Numbered from the stretch's first letter, positions 1-10,607 are shown. The stretch: 64,000 nt of DNA from a bacterium (GCA_032250835.1 JAVVEA010000017.1:9556-73555); one strand, 5' to 3'. Numbers and translations are program-made. The notes: generated by a model from the sequence alone, not told the origin.

Positions 1-2055
1 GAACTGGCCGAAGACAAAGTAGCCTACCTAGCCGAGGCCAAGACCCAGCTCAAGCGCGAGAACCTGGACCAGATCTTTAAGAACCTGACCGAGATGGTTC
101 GCCTAGGGGAAGAGCAGTTGATCCCCGCGATCCGCTCAGGTAAAACCTCTGGTGCCACCTTTGACCGGCTCGACAACCTCTTTGACGTCCTCAAAGATTC
201 CAATGCGCGGCTCTTAGAGGAGATCAGCAAAGAGGCTTTGTCCGAAGTGGTGAAGGCCAAAGAGGCGGACGCCACCAGCATCGGCCGGGCTAAAACCACC
301 ATGACCACCCTCCTGATCTTCGGCTTGATCCTAACGGCCTTGGCCCAGTATATCTTAGGTCGGCAGATTTTAGGCCCCTTAGGCATTGTTACGGGCATGC
401 TCAAAGAAATCGCCTCCGGTGATGCTGACCTGGGCAAACGCTTGCCGGTGCATTCCAAAGACGAATTGGCCGAGATGGCCAACTGGTTTAACCAGTTTAT
501 CGAAAAGCTCCAAGGTACTATCAACGAGGTCATCGGCAGCACCGAAACGGCCGTCAGTTTGGTCAATGCCTTAGAACGCAACTCAGGCATCATCAAAGAA
601 GCCACCACCGAGATGACCGGTATGTCCGGGACCATCAGCGCGGCCACCGAAGAGATCAACGCCAACACGGCGAGCATGGCCTCGGCCAGCGAACAGGCCA
701 GCGCAAACGTCAATAGCTTAACGGCGGTAGTCGAGGAGTTAAGCTCCAACATGAACACCATCGCCGCCGCCGCCGAAGAAGCCAGCGTCAACATGTCTGG
801 CATCAGCGACAACGTGGGCCTGATCAGCCGCGACATCGAGACGGTGATCACCAAAAGTGTCGAGGAGATGTCCAGTTCTTTGTCGGACATCAACGAGCGC
901 ACCGGTCGGGCGAGCCAAATTTCGCTAGAGGCCAACAAAGGTGCCGAAGACAACTGGAAGGCCATGACCGAATTGGCCGAAGTAACCCAGCAGATTGGGC
1001 AAATCCTCCAACTGGTCAACAACATAGCTAGCCAGACCAACATGCTGGCATTAAACGCCACCATCGAGGCCGCCAGCGCGGGACAGGCCGGCAAGGGCTT
1101 TGCGGTGGTCGCCGGTGAGGTCAAGGAACTGGCCAAGCAAACCGCCGACGCCAACAACGACATTGCCCTACAGATCGATCAGGTCCAAGAACTGGTACAA
1201 CGCTGTTTAGACCGCACCAAGGTTGTTTCGCGTGTGATCTTGCAGGTCTCCGAAATCAACCAGGGCATTTCCTCGCTGATCGAAGAGCAAACCAAAAACA
1301 GCCGGTCTTTGGTCACCACCATCGAAGGCGTGTCTAAAGCAGTCCGCGATTCGGCGATCAACGTCGAAGAAGCGGCTAGCGGGATCAAAGAGATCACGCG
1401 GAGCACTTCCGAAGCCAGTGCTGCCGCCAAGGAAGCCGCCAAGACCGTGGCCGAAGCCGCCACCGGGGCCAACGAAATTGCCCGCAGTTCTGCCGAGATC
1501 AGCACAGGCCTCAAAGAAATCACCAGCAATATCCAGCGGATGGATCGGGTGATCGGGGACAACGCGGGCCGCAACGACCGCAACATCGAGAACATCAGCC
1601 GCTTCGGTAGTTTGACCCGAGGCCTTAAAGATGCCATCAGTGTCTTCACCAAAACCAGCGACACCTTCTTTTACTGGACCGATCAGTTGCTGATCGGGCA
1701 CTCGACTATCGACAGCCAACACAAACAAATCGTTGACGGGATCAACCTTTTGTACCGCCTACGTGAAGCGGGTGCGCCACGCGAAGAAATCGTTAAATCT
1801 TTAAGCGAGTTGGTTCAGGTTTCCATTGGGCACTTTGGCGATGAAGAAACGATCTTCACCAACTCCGAGTATCCTCAGGTAGAGGACCACTTGGCACGGC
1901 ACGTGAAGATTATCGAGCAACTCAAGGAACATGCCCACAGCATCCAAATGGGTCAGTCCGAAGTAGATGCCGAGTTGCTGACCTTCTTAAAAGATTGGCT
2001 GCAATCACACATCATGATCGTAGACAAAGGTTACGTCCGCTATCTTAAACACTAG
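1..2055 (+). CDS. Methyl-accepting chemotaxis protein with HAMP and MCP signalling domains and a C-terminal bacteriohemerythrin domain (DcrH-like); 5' end truncated by the window start
   Basis: The frame is open from nt 1 with no upstream stop. A TM/HAMP segment is followed by an Ala/Ser/Glu/Asn-rich methyl-accepting coiled coil. The C-terminus carries HxxxE/HxxxH/HxxxD hemerythrin ligand motifs (IDSQHKQIV...HFGDEE...HV..H...D). Confidence 0.85.
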   Translation, partial: ELAEDKVAYLAEAKTQLKRENLDQIFKNLTEMVRLGEEQLIPAIRSGKTSGATFDRLDNLFDVLKDSNARLLEEISKEALSEVVKAKEADATSIGRAKTTMTTLLIFGLILTALAQYILGRQILGPLGIVTGMLKEIASGDADLGKRLPVHSKDELAEMANWFNQFIEKLQGTINEVIGSTETAVSLVNALERNSGIIKEATTEMTGMSGTISAATEEINANTASMASASEQASANVNSLTAVVEELSSNMNTIAAAAEEASVNMSGISDNVGLISRDIETVITKSVEEMSSSLSDINERTGRASQISLEANKGAEDNWKAMTELAEVTQQIGQILQLVNNIASQTNMLALNATIEAASAGQAGKGFAVVAGEVKELAKQTADANNDIALQIDQVQELVQRCLDRTKVVSRVILQVSEINQGISSLIEEQTKNSRSLVTTIEGVSKAVRDSAINVEEAASGIKEITRSTSEASAAAKEAAKTVAEAATGANEIARSSAEISTGLKEITSNIQRMDRVIGDNAGRNDRNIENISRFGSLTRGLKDAISVFTKTSDTFFYWTDQLLIGHSTIDSQHKQIVDGINLLYRLREAGAPREEIVKSLSELVQVSIGHFGDEETIFTNSEYPQVEDHLARHVKIIEQLKEHAHSIQMGQSEVDAELLTFLKDWLQSHIMIVDKGYVRYLKH

Positions 2056-2296
2056 GCTAGTCATAGCTGGGGCCGCCTTGGGGCTGCCCCGGAAAATTTC
2101 CGGCTTGACAGCCGGGCTTTAAGGGTGGATTTTTTGGGTCTCAACCTACACCCCCAACCGGTTTCTTATAATTGGTCATGAAACACTTGGTATCTCAATT
2201 GAAGCGCCTCCTCTGGTCCCTACCGGTCCAGGCGCGCTCCTTTGCGCCCAACCTTTCATGGCCCTCTCAACTTTAAGAACGACCCTTTGGGAATCT

Positions 2297-2340
2297 TAAA
2301 AAGCCGTAAGGAGCCATGCTTCTTACGGCTTTTTTTTTGT
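2297..2340. terminator. Rho-independent terminator hairpin (GCCGTAAGGAG / CTTCTTACGGC) flanked by an A-run and a T9-run; possibly bidirectional
   Basis: The sequence has an 11-bp stem with one G-U pair and a short loop, followed by TTTTTTTTT, and lies downstream of the MCP stop. Confidence 0.6.
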
Positions 2341-2449
2341 CCAAAATCCAAACAGGAGACCCTATGAAAGCTACCGTAACCCTTTCTCGTTCTGTCCTCA
2401 TGCGCCACCTCATCTGGATTCAAGCACCACCAGACCGGAGTGAACAGCC

Positions 2450-3628
2450 ATGACCCCCAGGAAAAATCCAACCCTCTATTTATTGACGGGCTGTTTCACC
2501 TTGGCCTTTATGGGCAACGTGATGATCTTCTCGGTAGCCAGCTTGGCTGGTTTGCGCTTGGCCCCCAGCACCGGGCTGGCGACTTTGCCGTTGGTGTTGC
2601 ACTTTGTTTCCGGAACGACTTTCAGCTACCCCATGTCCCTTTGGATGCGCCATTTCGGGCGCAAAAGTGGCTTTGCCCTGGGTCTGGTCAGCTGGGGTCT
2701 GGGCGGCTTGATTTCGGCTGGGGCCCTTTATTTATCCAGTTTTTGGCTGCTTTGTTTGGGCGGTGTCGCCACCGGGTTTTTTAACGCTACCATCCCTTAC
2801 TACCGGTTTGCGGCCATGGAAGTGGCCCCGGTTCAGTCCAAGGCGCGGGCCTTGGCGTTGGTGATGAGCGGCGGCGTGGTCAGTTCCCTTTTGGGCCCAG
2901 AAATAGCCAAAGCTACCCGCGCCATCGCTGAGATCGAGTTCACCGGAACCTATTTGAGCCTAACGGGCTTGGCGTTGCTGGGTCTGCTGTTTGCCTCCTT
3001 TATGCGCCTATCCCCCTTACCCAAAGGCCACTACACCGGACGGAGTCTAGGTGAGATTTTTGGGCAGCCCCGCTTTTTAGTGGCCTTAAGCGCGGGCATG
3101 GTCGGGTACGGTGTCATGACCTTTTTGATGGTCACCAGCCCGGTCGCCATGCGTCAAGGCGGATGCACCTTTGACCATGTTGCCTGGGTCATAGAGTGGC
3201 ACATGTTGGGTATGTTTTTACCCAGCTTCTTTACAGGCCGCCTGATTGGTAAATTTGGGCTTTATAAGGTGCTTTCGGCGGGGATTGCCTTCAACTTAAC
3301 GGCGATTGCCTTCGGACTGGCCGGAACCGAGTTGGAGCATTTTTGGCTCGGCATGGCTTGTTTGGGGATTGGCTGGAATTTCCTTTACCTAGGCTCTAGC
3401 GCTTTGTTGACCGAAACCTACCGGCCTGAAGAAACCGCCAGGGTGCAAGGAATCAACGAGACCTTAATCTTGGCTTCCTCGGCGGTCGCCTCGCTCAGTT
3501 CGGGATTGATTTATGAAGTTTTGGGATGGAAAGGCGTCAACTGGGCCGCCTTCCCCTTGGTGTTAACCGTTGCGCTGCTGATTGTCTGGCAGCAGCGCCT
3601 TGAACGCCGAGTTCGGCTGGTTGATTAG
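2450..3628 (+). CDS. MFS-family transporter
   Basis: The 392-aa product has about 12 predicted hydrophobic helices and MFS-like loop motifs. Confidence 0.75.
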   Translation: MTPRKNPTLYLLTGCFTLAFMGNVMIFSVASLAGLRLAPSTGLATLPLVLHFVSGTTFSYPMSLWMRHFGRKSGFALGLVSWGLGGLISAGALYLSSFWLLCLGGVATGFFNATIPYYRFAAMEVAPVQSKARALALVMSGGVVSSLLGPEIAKATRAIAEIEFTGTYLSLTGLALLGLLFASFMRLSPLPKGHYTGRSLGEIFGQPRFLVALSAGMVGYGVMTFLMVTSPVAMRQGGCTFDHVAWVIEWHMLGMFLPSFFTGRLIGKFGLYKVLSAGIAFNLTAIAFGLAGTELEHFWLGMACLGIGWNFLYLGSSALLTETYRPEETARVQGINETLILASSAVASLSSGLIYEVLGWKGVNWAAFPLVLTVALLIVWQQRLERRVRLVD

Positions 3629-4497
3629 CGGTTGGGCACGGCGGCGCAGTCGTAAGGCTGGCCGTCGTCGCTCAAGGTGACCGCGCGGCGGTTTTGAGAA
3701 TAATCCGCCTCGTCTTCACCTAGAGCCAAAGGTTGCTCTTCGCCGCAACTCATGGCGGTTACCTGGGACCGGGGCAACCCAACGACACGCACCAAATAGT
3801 CTTTGACCGACTGGGCACGGCGCTGGCCTAAGGCTAGGTTATAGGCATTGGAGCCGCGCTGATCGCAGTGACCCACCACCAGTAACTTGATTCCGGCGAG
3901 GTCACGCCCGGCGAAGGCTTGGTCCAGCATGCTCCGGTCGGCAGCCGAGACGGCGGATTGGTCGAAATCGAAGTGGACCGAATCGACCTCTAGCGCACCT
4001 AACCCCATGACTTGGTCTTCTGCTAAGGGCTGGTTTGAGTTTTTAACCCCACTAACCAAATCGCGGACTCTAGTAGACTTACCGGTGTAGACCGTATTTT
4101 TTGCGGTGCCATCGGTGATGTAGAGCAACAAGAAGTCGTCCTTTTTGGGGCTGTTTTGGGGGATCTTAAGGAGCGGATTGGAGCGGAACTGGGCAAAGGG
4201 CACTTCCCCTAACAACTCCCCTTTATCGGCTTCGCCCATGCTTTTGGCCCAATATACCTGATAGGCGGTAAATCCAGTGGGGCTTTTCACACCCGATAAG
4301 ACAACATCGCCAGAGATTTGACCAGCGTCTGGGTCTTGGTCTTCAAAGCCAAATTCAACTTGGGTGCCGAAAGCATCTTTCCAGGGCTCGGCTGGCGGGG
4401 CCCCGCCGCAAGAGGAAAGTATCAGGCTGGAAGAGGCTAATAAAAGCAATACCGCCAAAGACGCGGAGAAGTTGGGTCGCATAGAATTATTCTCCAT
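3625..4497 (-). CDS. OmpA-family lipoprotein (C-terminal peptidoglycan-binding OmpA-like domain)
   Basis: It has a signal peptide with lipobox LSSC. The C-terminal motif is VVGHCDQRGSNAYNLALGQRRAQSVKDYL. Confidence 0.8.
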   Translation of the reverse strand: MENNSMRPNFSASLAVLLLLASSSLILSSCGGAPPAEPWKDAFGTQVEFGFEDQDPDAGQISGDVVLSGVKSPTGFTAYQVYWAKSMGEADKGELLGEVPFAQFRSNPLLKIPQNSPKKDDFLLLYITDGTAKNTVYTGKSTRVRDLVSGVKNSNQPLAEDQVMGLGALEVDSVHFDFDQSAVSAADRSMLDQAFAGRDLAGIKLLVVGHCDQRGSNAYNLALGQRRAQSVKDYLVRVVGLPRSQVTAMSCGEEQPLALGEDEADYSQNRRAVTLSDDGQPYDCAAVPNR

Positions 4498-4655
4498 GGG
4501 TTGTGCGATTCAGTCGCCCGCTAAATCATATAACATGTTAGAGCCCTGTCCGGTCCTTTGTCAATTTGTCCTAGGGCTTACGCCGAATCTTTACAACAAA
4601 CCCCTGCCTCGGATATAAAGAAATAGGAAATAGCCCCACTTTTCGGAGAATCCAA

Positions 4656-4871
4656 ATGTTGGACCTTTTTATTCGTATCTACAAAAGCCCCGGCTTTAAG
4701 CTTACGCTTCGGCTTTTTGCGTCCTTGGCCAGTGCGGTCTTCGTGGTGACGGGCTTTGTCTTCTTGCAAGGTAAGCGACAAGCCCCTAGCATCAAGCCCG
4801 CAGAAGAAGAGGAGGACGACGACAATCAAGACCCGCCTAACCCTAAGGTCCACTTCCTCTATAAGAACTAA
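4656..4871 (+). CDS. Hypothetical small membrane protein (one TM helix plus acidic C-terminal tail)
   Basis: A GGAG RBS lies 9 nt upstream of the ATG. The product has a hydrophobic helix followed by an EEEEDDD tail. I recognise no homology. Confidence 0.35.
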   Translation: MLDLFIRIYKSPGFKLTLRLFASLASAVFVVTGFVFLQGKRQAPSIKPAEEEEDDDNQDPPNPKVHFLYKN

Positions 4872-5482
4872 GCGGTGAGCGCTTTCCAGCGGTAACTACG
4901 ACGATAAAAGGGGGGTAGGTTGCCTTCGGTTTTTTGGTGCCACTGCACAAAGGCCAGGGTCTTCAGATTGGCATAGCCCCCTCCCCGGACCTCCCCAAAG
5001 GCTTTTTTGTAAGGCTCTACCAACTGGTCTAGCAGCCGATCCCTTAGGTCTTTCGCCAAAATCGAGGCCGCCGCCACCTCCAAATGGGTGGCATCGGCTT
5101 TGTCTAGCGCGGTAATGCCCGGCTCTTCTAATTCCTTAAACAGATTGTGGCCATCCAAACAAGCTGGCCGGGCGGGCAAAGCGCCCAGGATACGCCGGGC
5201 CAAGCTGCGTTCAAGGGCGTTGAGTCCTTCGCCTAGAACCCATAGATCCACCTCAGCGGCATCGGCCACCTCGATCCGGTGGCGGAACCGGCTACTAAGC
5301 CAGACGGCCAGTTCCTTGCGGCGTTGTTGGGCTTTTGTACTGGAGCCATAAAGCTTTGAGTCGGCGACGCCCTGGCGCTCTAAGTCCTTAAAAGCCGACT
5401 GGGGAATCTCGATACCCGCCATCACCATAGGACCTAAAACCGGGCCCCGACCGGCCTCATCAATGCCCAGCAGGCTAGTCAT
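4868..5482 (-). CDS. rnhB: Ribonuclease HII
   Basis: The N-terminus is MTSLLGIDEAGRGPVLGPMV, and the DEAGRG motif is characteristic of RNase HII. The start is placed at the internal Met, overlapping the def stop by 8 nt. Confidence 0.85.
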   Translation of the reverse strand: MTSLLGIDEAGRGPVLGPMVMAGIEIPQSAFKDLERQGVADSKLYGSSTKAQQRRKELAVWLSSRFRHRIEVADAAEVDLWVLGEGLNALERSLARRILGALPARPACLDGHNLFKELEEPGITALDKADATHLEVAAASILAKDLRDRLLDQLVEPYKKAFGEVRGGGYANLKTLAFVQWHQKTEGNLPPFYRRSYRWKALTA

Positions 5483-5996
5483 GGGCGCGGGCCAATTTCT
5501 TGAGGCGGTTTTTGACCATCTTACGCCGAAGAGGTGGCAGGAAGTCGATGAACAACTTGCCTTCAAGATGGTCGGTTTCGTGTTGGATACAAAGCGCAAA
5601 GAGGCCTTCGGCCTCCACTTGGTGGGGATTTCCGTCTAGGTCTTGGTAGTCAAGGGTCAGGGTTTCAAATCGGTCGAGGGTGGCGCGCACCTCGGGAACC
5701 GAGAGGCAGCCTTCTTCCATCTCTAAATGCCCCTGGCCGTTACTGATCACCGGATTGATGTAGGCCTCCCATTGGTGGTCGTCATCCTCTTCGGAGCCGC
5801 CATAATTGCAGTCGGCCACAAAAAGGCGCAAACTTACCCCCACTTGGGGAGCCGCCAAACCAACGCCGCTTTCGGCGTACATCGCTTCTGCCATGTCCGC
5901 CGCCAATTGGCGCAGTGGGTCGTTAAACTCAGTGACCTGAGCGGCCACTTGTTTGAGCCGGGGGTCGGGGTAGGTGAGTACCTGAAGTAAAGCCAT
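5475..5996 (-). CDS. def: Peptide deformylase
   Basis: The product carries GVGLAAPQVG, EGCLSVPE and HETDHLEG, the three PDF signature motifs. Confidence 0.9.
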   Translation of the reverse strand: MALLQVLTYPDPRLKQVAAQVTEFNDPLRQLAADMAEAMYAESGVGLAAPQVGVSLRLFVADCNYGGSEEDDDHQWEAYINPVISNGQGHLEMEEGCLSVPEVRATLDRFETLTLDYQDLDGNPHQVEAEGLFALCIQHETDHLEGKLFIDFLPPLRRKMVKNRLKKLARAHD

Positions 5997-6062
5997 GTGT
6001 ATCCCGGTAGATTCGTTCTAGTAGGACTTATATACTAGTTCGAAGCGAGCTAATTTGGCAAG

Positions 6063-6986
6063 TCAGGCAGTAGGCACCAAGTGGTAATTTTGACGGATAT
6101 TGTGGGCCACCCGACGAACTGAGGCCGAAACCACCGAGTCCGGCGCATGCAGAATCACCGGCTGGCGCGCCCGGATCGATTGCAAGGCCATGTTGTCAAA
6201 TTCCACAAAGCCCACGTAGTCAAGGTTGATCCCGAAATACTTCAAACAGGCTTGCTTCATGCTGAACCCCACCCGGACATCCGAAGGGGTACGCACCTGA
6301 TTGAGTACCAGTTTGGGTTTAAAGGCGGCGATTTCGTACTTTAAGGTTTCACCGGCCTGTGCATTAATCCCGCTAATCTTATTGATCAGTTCAGCAGGAG
6401 TGCGGGGGTTGTCTTCATGTTTGCTTTCGGTGATCTGCTCTAAAAAGGCGCGGACCCCAGAGTGGACCATCACGTTCTTGAGCTTGCGGTAAAAAGCCGA
6501 TTTGATGAACCGGTAGGTATTTTCGACGCTCGTCGGCTCCGGCGCGGTGACCAGAATGCCTGAGTTGGACATCAAAAACAGATCCAACGTATGCGGCGCA
6601 ATGCCCGCTCCTAAGTCGATCACCACATAATCCACCCGCATGTTGTAGATGGATTTGATCAGTTTGGCCTGCTGCATTTGTTTGGGGCTGGCCATGCCGA
6701 TCACGTCATGGGCCCCGCTGGCCAGCTTGAGACCTTGAACCCCGGTGGGGATCATGATGTCTTCAATACTGAGCTGGTTAGACTTGATAAAGTCCGAGAT
6801 ACTGACCTTAGAGTGCCCAACGCCAAAGAAGGTATGCAGGTTAGCCCCGCCGAAGTCGGCGTCAATTAAGGCCACTTCGTTGCCCTTTTGGGCCAAGTCG
6901 ATGGATAGGTTGGTAGAGAGGAAGCTTTTGCCCACTCCTCCTTTTCCGCCGGCGATTGCCCAAATTCTTTTTTTGGCCGTATTCAT
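6063..6986 (-). CDS. MinD/ParA/FlhG-family P-loop ATPase
   Basis: It has the deviant Walker A AIAGGKGGVGKS and MinD-like switch regions, and is 307 aa long. Confidence 0.75.
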   Translation of the reverse strand: MNTAKKRIWAIAGGKGGVGKSFLSTNLSIDLAQKGNEVALIDADFGGANLHTFFGVGHSKVSISDFIKSNQLSIEDIMIPTGVQGLKLASGAHDVIGMASPKQMQQAKLIKSIYNMRVDYVVIDLGAGIAPHTLDLFLMSNSGILVTAPEPTSVENTYRFIKSAFYRKLKNVMVHSGVRAFLEQITESKHEDNPRTPAELINKISGINAQAGETLKYEIAAFKPKLVLNQVRTPSDVRVGFSMKQACLKYFGINLDYVGFVEFDNMALQSIRARQPVILHAPDSVVSASVRRVAHNIRQNYHLVPTA

Positions 6987-7100
6987 TGCCTTCCGTGGTA
7001 TTGATGGCTCTTTAGAGCCCCCCCGTGGAGCCCAAGTGCCCTTGGCTGTGCAATTTAAAAACCAATTCCCGTTACCTACCCTCTTTTTTTAAATCTCCCG

Positions 7101-9407
7101 CTAGCGGATGGCCCGCTCAATCAGTTCTGCCGGGAGAATTTCAGAGGGTACGCGGTAGTTCAGCAGCCACAACTGATGGGCCGCTCGGGTGGCACCGATA
7201 TGCAGTAAGTACCTTGAATAGCTGTTGTCTGGATAGTTTATAACATCCACATCCATCAAGATCACATAATCAAACTCTAAGCCCTTTACCTGCCGGAGGT
7301 CCGTAACGTCGATCCCGGCAGTGAAGCTAAAGTTCTGGTCGTCCACCAAGCGCAGATTGGGGATCTCCATCTTCTCTAAGGTCTGGTAATAGTCCTTAGC
7401 CGCCTTGGCGTCGGCGCAAATCAGCGCAATCGAGGCATTGGGCTCTTCTAGACTGAGGTCGTTGAGGCTTTGGGCCAGGTTGCGGCACAGCTCCCCTTGG
7501 TGAGCGAATTGGAACAGGTCCACCCCCGGGCCCTCCTTGACGGCCTTGAAGTCTTTGGTGCTGGCGAGGTCGCCTAAGACCTGCATCGCAAATTCCATGA
7601 TCTGGTGGGTGGCGCGGTAGCTGACCCGTAGATTGCTGACCTCCTGCCCAGGCAAGCCCAAGCTTTCAAAGAGGTACTTCCAGCCCTTAAAGCTATTGTT
7701 TTGGATCATCTGCTGGTTGACATCGCCTGCATAGGTCAGGCTGGTCGGCTCGGCGGCCGCCGAAAGCAAGACCCGGTGTTCGATCAGCGAAAGGTCTTGG
7801 GCCTCGTCCACAAAGAGGTGGTTAAAGGCCAAAGGACCGCGTTCAGGGGCCTCCAAGGGCCCCGCCAAATGGGCCCAGAAATAAAGCAAGATGCTGTCGT
7901 CTTCTAAGTCTAAGTCGGCCTCACCAGCCTCGGCCTTGCCCTGTTCTTTGGCACCCCACCAGTTGTGCCGGGCAATGTATTGCCCCCGCAGCCAGCTGAT
8001 CGCCTCGTCTAGTTGGGCGGGGCTGAATTCATCGGCGGCGTCACGCTCAAAGGCCTTACGCAGCCGTTCAAAATCAGAAAAGAACTCATCCCAAAGCTGC
8101 ACCACCAAGCGCCGTTTATTGCCAAAAAGATCCCCCACCATCGGCTCAACCAGATTCCAGACCATGGCCTTAACTTCGCCTGAATAAGGGAACGTAGCGG
8201 TCTGTTTGGGTTCGGGCCCACAGGCATCGCGCAGCCAGATTAGCTGGTCCACGAAGCTTTTGCTTTCCAAGATTTGGCTAAGCTGCTCGTCTAGATTTTT
8301 GGTCACCGTGATTTGGCTAAGTCCTTCTTCTAAAGCTAGCTTCTTTTCGATCAGGTACCGATCAATCAAATTCAATAAAGCCGGATGTTTTTTAAAGCGG
8401 ATCGCCACCGCCGGGGTTTCTTCGGAGACTTCTTTAGGCAGCAAGTTGCCATAAAGTTTGCGCTTGATGTCCGCCGCCCAAGTTTCAAAGACCGCGATTT
8501 CCACCCCCTTGACCCCCAAGGAGGGCAACACCAAAGAGATGTAATAGGCCAGCGCGCGGTTGAAGACCACGACCATCATCTTATCGGCAGCGAAGCGTTT
8601 GGGGTCCTTGCGGTGCAGCCAAGCGACCCGGTGCAACGCCACGGTGGTCTTGCCGGACCCGGCGGTACCCTGGATTGCCAAGATTCCCGTCGAAGGCTTG
8701 GTGATCAGGTCAAATTGGTCGGGATCGATCAGCGCTGTGATTTCGGGCAACAATTTGTGCCCAGCGCCCATCCCGCTTTTGGCAGTGCGGGCACGTTCGG
8801 CGCGGGTTGCTTGGCCCGAGCCGCCTTTGAGCAGATAGTGGCGGTGGTGGCCCTGCTGCCAGCCCTCTAGCGGGTCTTTGAAGAGATGGACTTGGTGGTC
8901 CTCAATGCGGACCAACTCGCCTTCTTCGACTTTCAACATCCGCTTGACGGCTACCACCCCTTCAGAAAGCCGCCCACCGATCTCTTCTTCATACTCGTCA
9001 CCTTGGAGGTAACGAAAATAGATCACGGCTATGGGCGAGGCCTTCCAGTCGATGATTTGCACGCCCGCTTCTTTGTTACTAAAAACCTGGGTGCCGATGT
9101 AAAGATCTCGGGTCCGCTCTTCTTCTAAGACCAACCGCGCAAAATAGGGGTTTAGTGGATTAAAACCATAGGCATCGGCCAGTTCAGACTGGTTGACCAA
9201 TTGGATCAAAGTGTTGATCTGTTCAGTCAAGTGGGCCACGTCGTCACTCTTGGCCTCGTCTAAAGCCTCTCTTAGCTCAATGATCTGGGCCAGATACTTT
9301 TCCCTGGCATCATCGAAGCGGTCCGCCGAAGAGAGCGTCAACAGGCGCTTCAGGTTAGCTTCTTCTTCACGGATAATGGCGACTTCTTCGGGCGTAAGCT
9401 GGTCCAT
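7101..9407 (-). CDS. UvrD/Rep-superfamily DNA helicase, HelD-like (helicase IV family)
   Basis: It has the Walker A GTAGSGKTTVALHRVAWL, UvrD-like ATP-binding and C-terminal domains, and a HelD-type N-terminal region. The product is 768 aa. Confidence 0.7.
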   Translation of the reverse strand: MDQLTPEEVAIIREEEANLKRLLTLSSADRFDDAREKYLAQIIELREALDEAKSDDVAHLTEQINTLIQLVNQSELADAYGFNPLNPYFARLVLEEERTRDLYIGTQVFSNKEAGVQIIDWKASPIAVIYFRYLQGDEYEEEIGGRLSEGVVAVKRMLKVEEGELVRIEDHQVHLFKDPLEGWQQGHHRHYLLKGGSGQATRAERARTAKSGMGAGHKLLPEITALIDPDQFDLITKPSTGILAIQGTAGSGKTTVALHRVAWLHRKDPKRFAADKMMVVVFNRALAYYISLVLPSLGVKGVEIAVFETWAADIKRKLYGNLLPKEVSEETPAVAIRFKKHPALLNLIDRYLIEKKLALEEGLSQITVTKNLDEQLSQILESKSFVDQLIWLRDACGPEPKQTATFPYSGEVKAMVWNLVEPMVGDLFGNKRRLVVQLWDEFFSDFERLRKAFERDAADEFSPAQLDEAISWLRGQYIARHNWWGAKEQGKAEAGEADLDLEDDSILLYFWAHLAGPLEAPERGPLAFNHLFVDEAQDLSLIEHRVLLSAAAEPTSLTYAGDVNQQMIQNNSFKGWKYLFESLGLPGQEVSNLRVSYRATHQIMEFAMQVLGDLASTKDFKAVKEGPGVDLFQFAHQGELCRNLAQSLNDLSLEEPNASIALICADAKAAKDYYQTLEKMEIPNLRLVDDQNFSFTAGIDVTDLRQVKGLEFDYVILMDVDVINYPDNSYSRYLLHIGATRAAHQLWLLNYRVPSEILPAELIERAIR

Positions 9408-9413
9408 AGACTC

Positions 9414-10205
9414 CTAAAATCTACTGGGCGCACCGGCACCCGGGGGAATAAAAAAAATAGCATGCTTGCGCCGTAGGCGCATCAACTGATCGGACTGGTA
9501 TTGGTCGTTCAAGCGGTGCGCTGAATTGAGCGCAACGTAGATGTTTCCGCCGTAAAAGGCCAGACCAAAGCCGCCCAAAAGCGCACCCAACCCCGCTTGC
9601 CCGTCCTGATAGCTTTCACGGCTGGCCACCGCAAACAGGCCGGTCAACAAAAAGGCATAGGCCCCTTCGCGCCAACGGCCCAGGTAAAAGCTCCCTGAGC
9701 CGGGCAGCAGGGCCGAAAGGCTGCCTGCCAGAGCCGGTGAATAGGGGGCTTCTTGGTCTCGGTCGCGCCATTCACGGGCAAAATCTTGAACATAAACCGC
9801 CTTGGGTTCTTCTGGCGCGACGGCCTCAAAGGCCAAGACCGCTTCTTCGACCCTTTGGGCGCGCATCCCATAAGGCGCATTGGCTTGGCTGTCTAGCTTA
9901 GCTAGCCCAAAAAGGATCAGGTAATCTGCCAAAGGGCGATCTACCTTGAGCAAGGATTCTAAGTAAGTAGCTGCCTGTTCTGGCTGCCCCCCTGCTAAAT
10001 ATGCGCGGGCGGTCATCGCTTGCGCCCTTTGGGCTTCGGCGCTGGTCGGAAAGTGGAAACGGAGGCGTTCGAATTCGGTGATGGCGCGGAAGTATTCGCC
10101 TTGGCTATAGAGGTGCTGGCCAAAATCAAATAGTTGGCGGGGTCCTTCGGCTGCAACGAGCAACCAGGGCCAAAATAATAAAAAGAGCAACAGGGCGCTT
10201 CGCAA
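9414..10205 (-). CDS. Hypothetical exported or membrane protein (signal peptide, TPR-like helical N-half, Gly-rich hydrophobic C-half)
   Basis: It is a clean ORF with a signal peptide; no family is recognised. Confidence 0.45.
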   Translation of the reverse strand: MRSALLLFLLFWPWLLVAAEGPRQLFDFGQHLYSQGEYFRAITEFERLRFHFPTSAEAQRAQAMTARAYLAGGQPEQAATYLESLLKVDRPLADYLILFGLAKLDSQANAPYGMRAQRVEEAVLAFEAVAPEEPKAVYVQDFAREWRDRDQEAPYSPALAGSLSALLPGSGSFYLGRWREGAYAFLLTGLFAVASRESYQDGQAGLGALLGGFGLAFYGGNIYVALNSAHRLNDQYQSDQLMRLRRKHAIFFIPPGAGAPSRF

Positions 10206-10290
10206 GGAACCTCTTGTAGAGTCAAAATCCAGGCGAAAATTGCAACACGGCCCAGGCTCTTTGGCAAGGGGCAGGTAGGCTCAGGGCACA

Positions 10291-10335
10291 AAAAAAGGGA
10301 GAGTCCTCATCATTTGAGTCCTCTCCCTTGGAGCC
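10291..10335 (-). terminator. Rho-independent terminator on the minus strand after sORF G
   Basis: On the minus strand the hairpin AAGGGAGAG...CTCTCCCTT is followed by TTTTTTT. Confidence 0.6.
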
Positions 10336-10405
10336 ACCGGTTCGGGCGATTTCGCGCCCGATGATCCCGATGGATGCTTTGGCTTATAACCCGACATAAA
10401 GCACC

Positions 10406-10498
10406 TCAAGCAAAGAGGTTCAGTACGCCGAGGGCCATCAGGGCATAAAGGCCCCATTTGATGGCTTGGATCTTTTGGCTCGATACATAATTAGTCAT
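10406..10498 (-). CDS. sORF G: 30-aa single-TM peptide MTNYVSSQKIQAIKWGLYALMALGVLNLFA (KIQ family)
   Basis: A GGAG RBS lies 8 nt upstream of the ATG. The product has a polar N-terminus and an 18-aa hydrophobic C-terminus. It is a member of the repeated family described in the findings. Confidence 0.6.
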   Translation of the reverse strand: MTNYVSSQKIQAIKWGLYALMALGVLNLFA

Positions 10499-10526
10499 GG
10501 CTGATCTCCTGTTAAACAAGGTTTGG

Positions 10527-10607
10527 TTAAGCTACGTAAGCGACCATCAAGGTCGTGGCCAGAGCGACAAATGCTACGATGGCCTGGGGGATTTTTGCGG
10601 TATCCAT
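10527..10607 (-). CDS. sORF F: 26-aa peptide MDTAKIPQAIVAFVALATTLMVAYVA
   Basis: An AAGGAGA RBS precedes the ATG. The peptide is identical to sORF E, and the DNA differs from E at 3 synonymous sites only. Confidence 0.65.
   Translation of the reverse strand: MDTAKIPQAIVAFVALATTLMVAYVA

Noticed and set aside
24-1163. 379-aa minus-strand ORF antisense to the MCP gene
   Set aside because: Its Ala/Ser/Leu-rich low-complexity translation is typical of the reverse frame of an MCP coiled-coil region. The plus-strand MCP has clear domain motifs.
2256-2784. Small ORFs 2256..2471 (-) and 2440..2784 (+)
   Set aside because: They overlap the terminator and UTR and the MFS gene in alternative frames. 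They have no RBS or motifs.
8385-8870. 161-aa plus-strand ORF inside the helicase gene
   Set aside because: It is antisense to a well-supported UvrD/HelD-family CDS.
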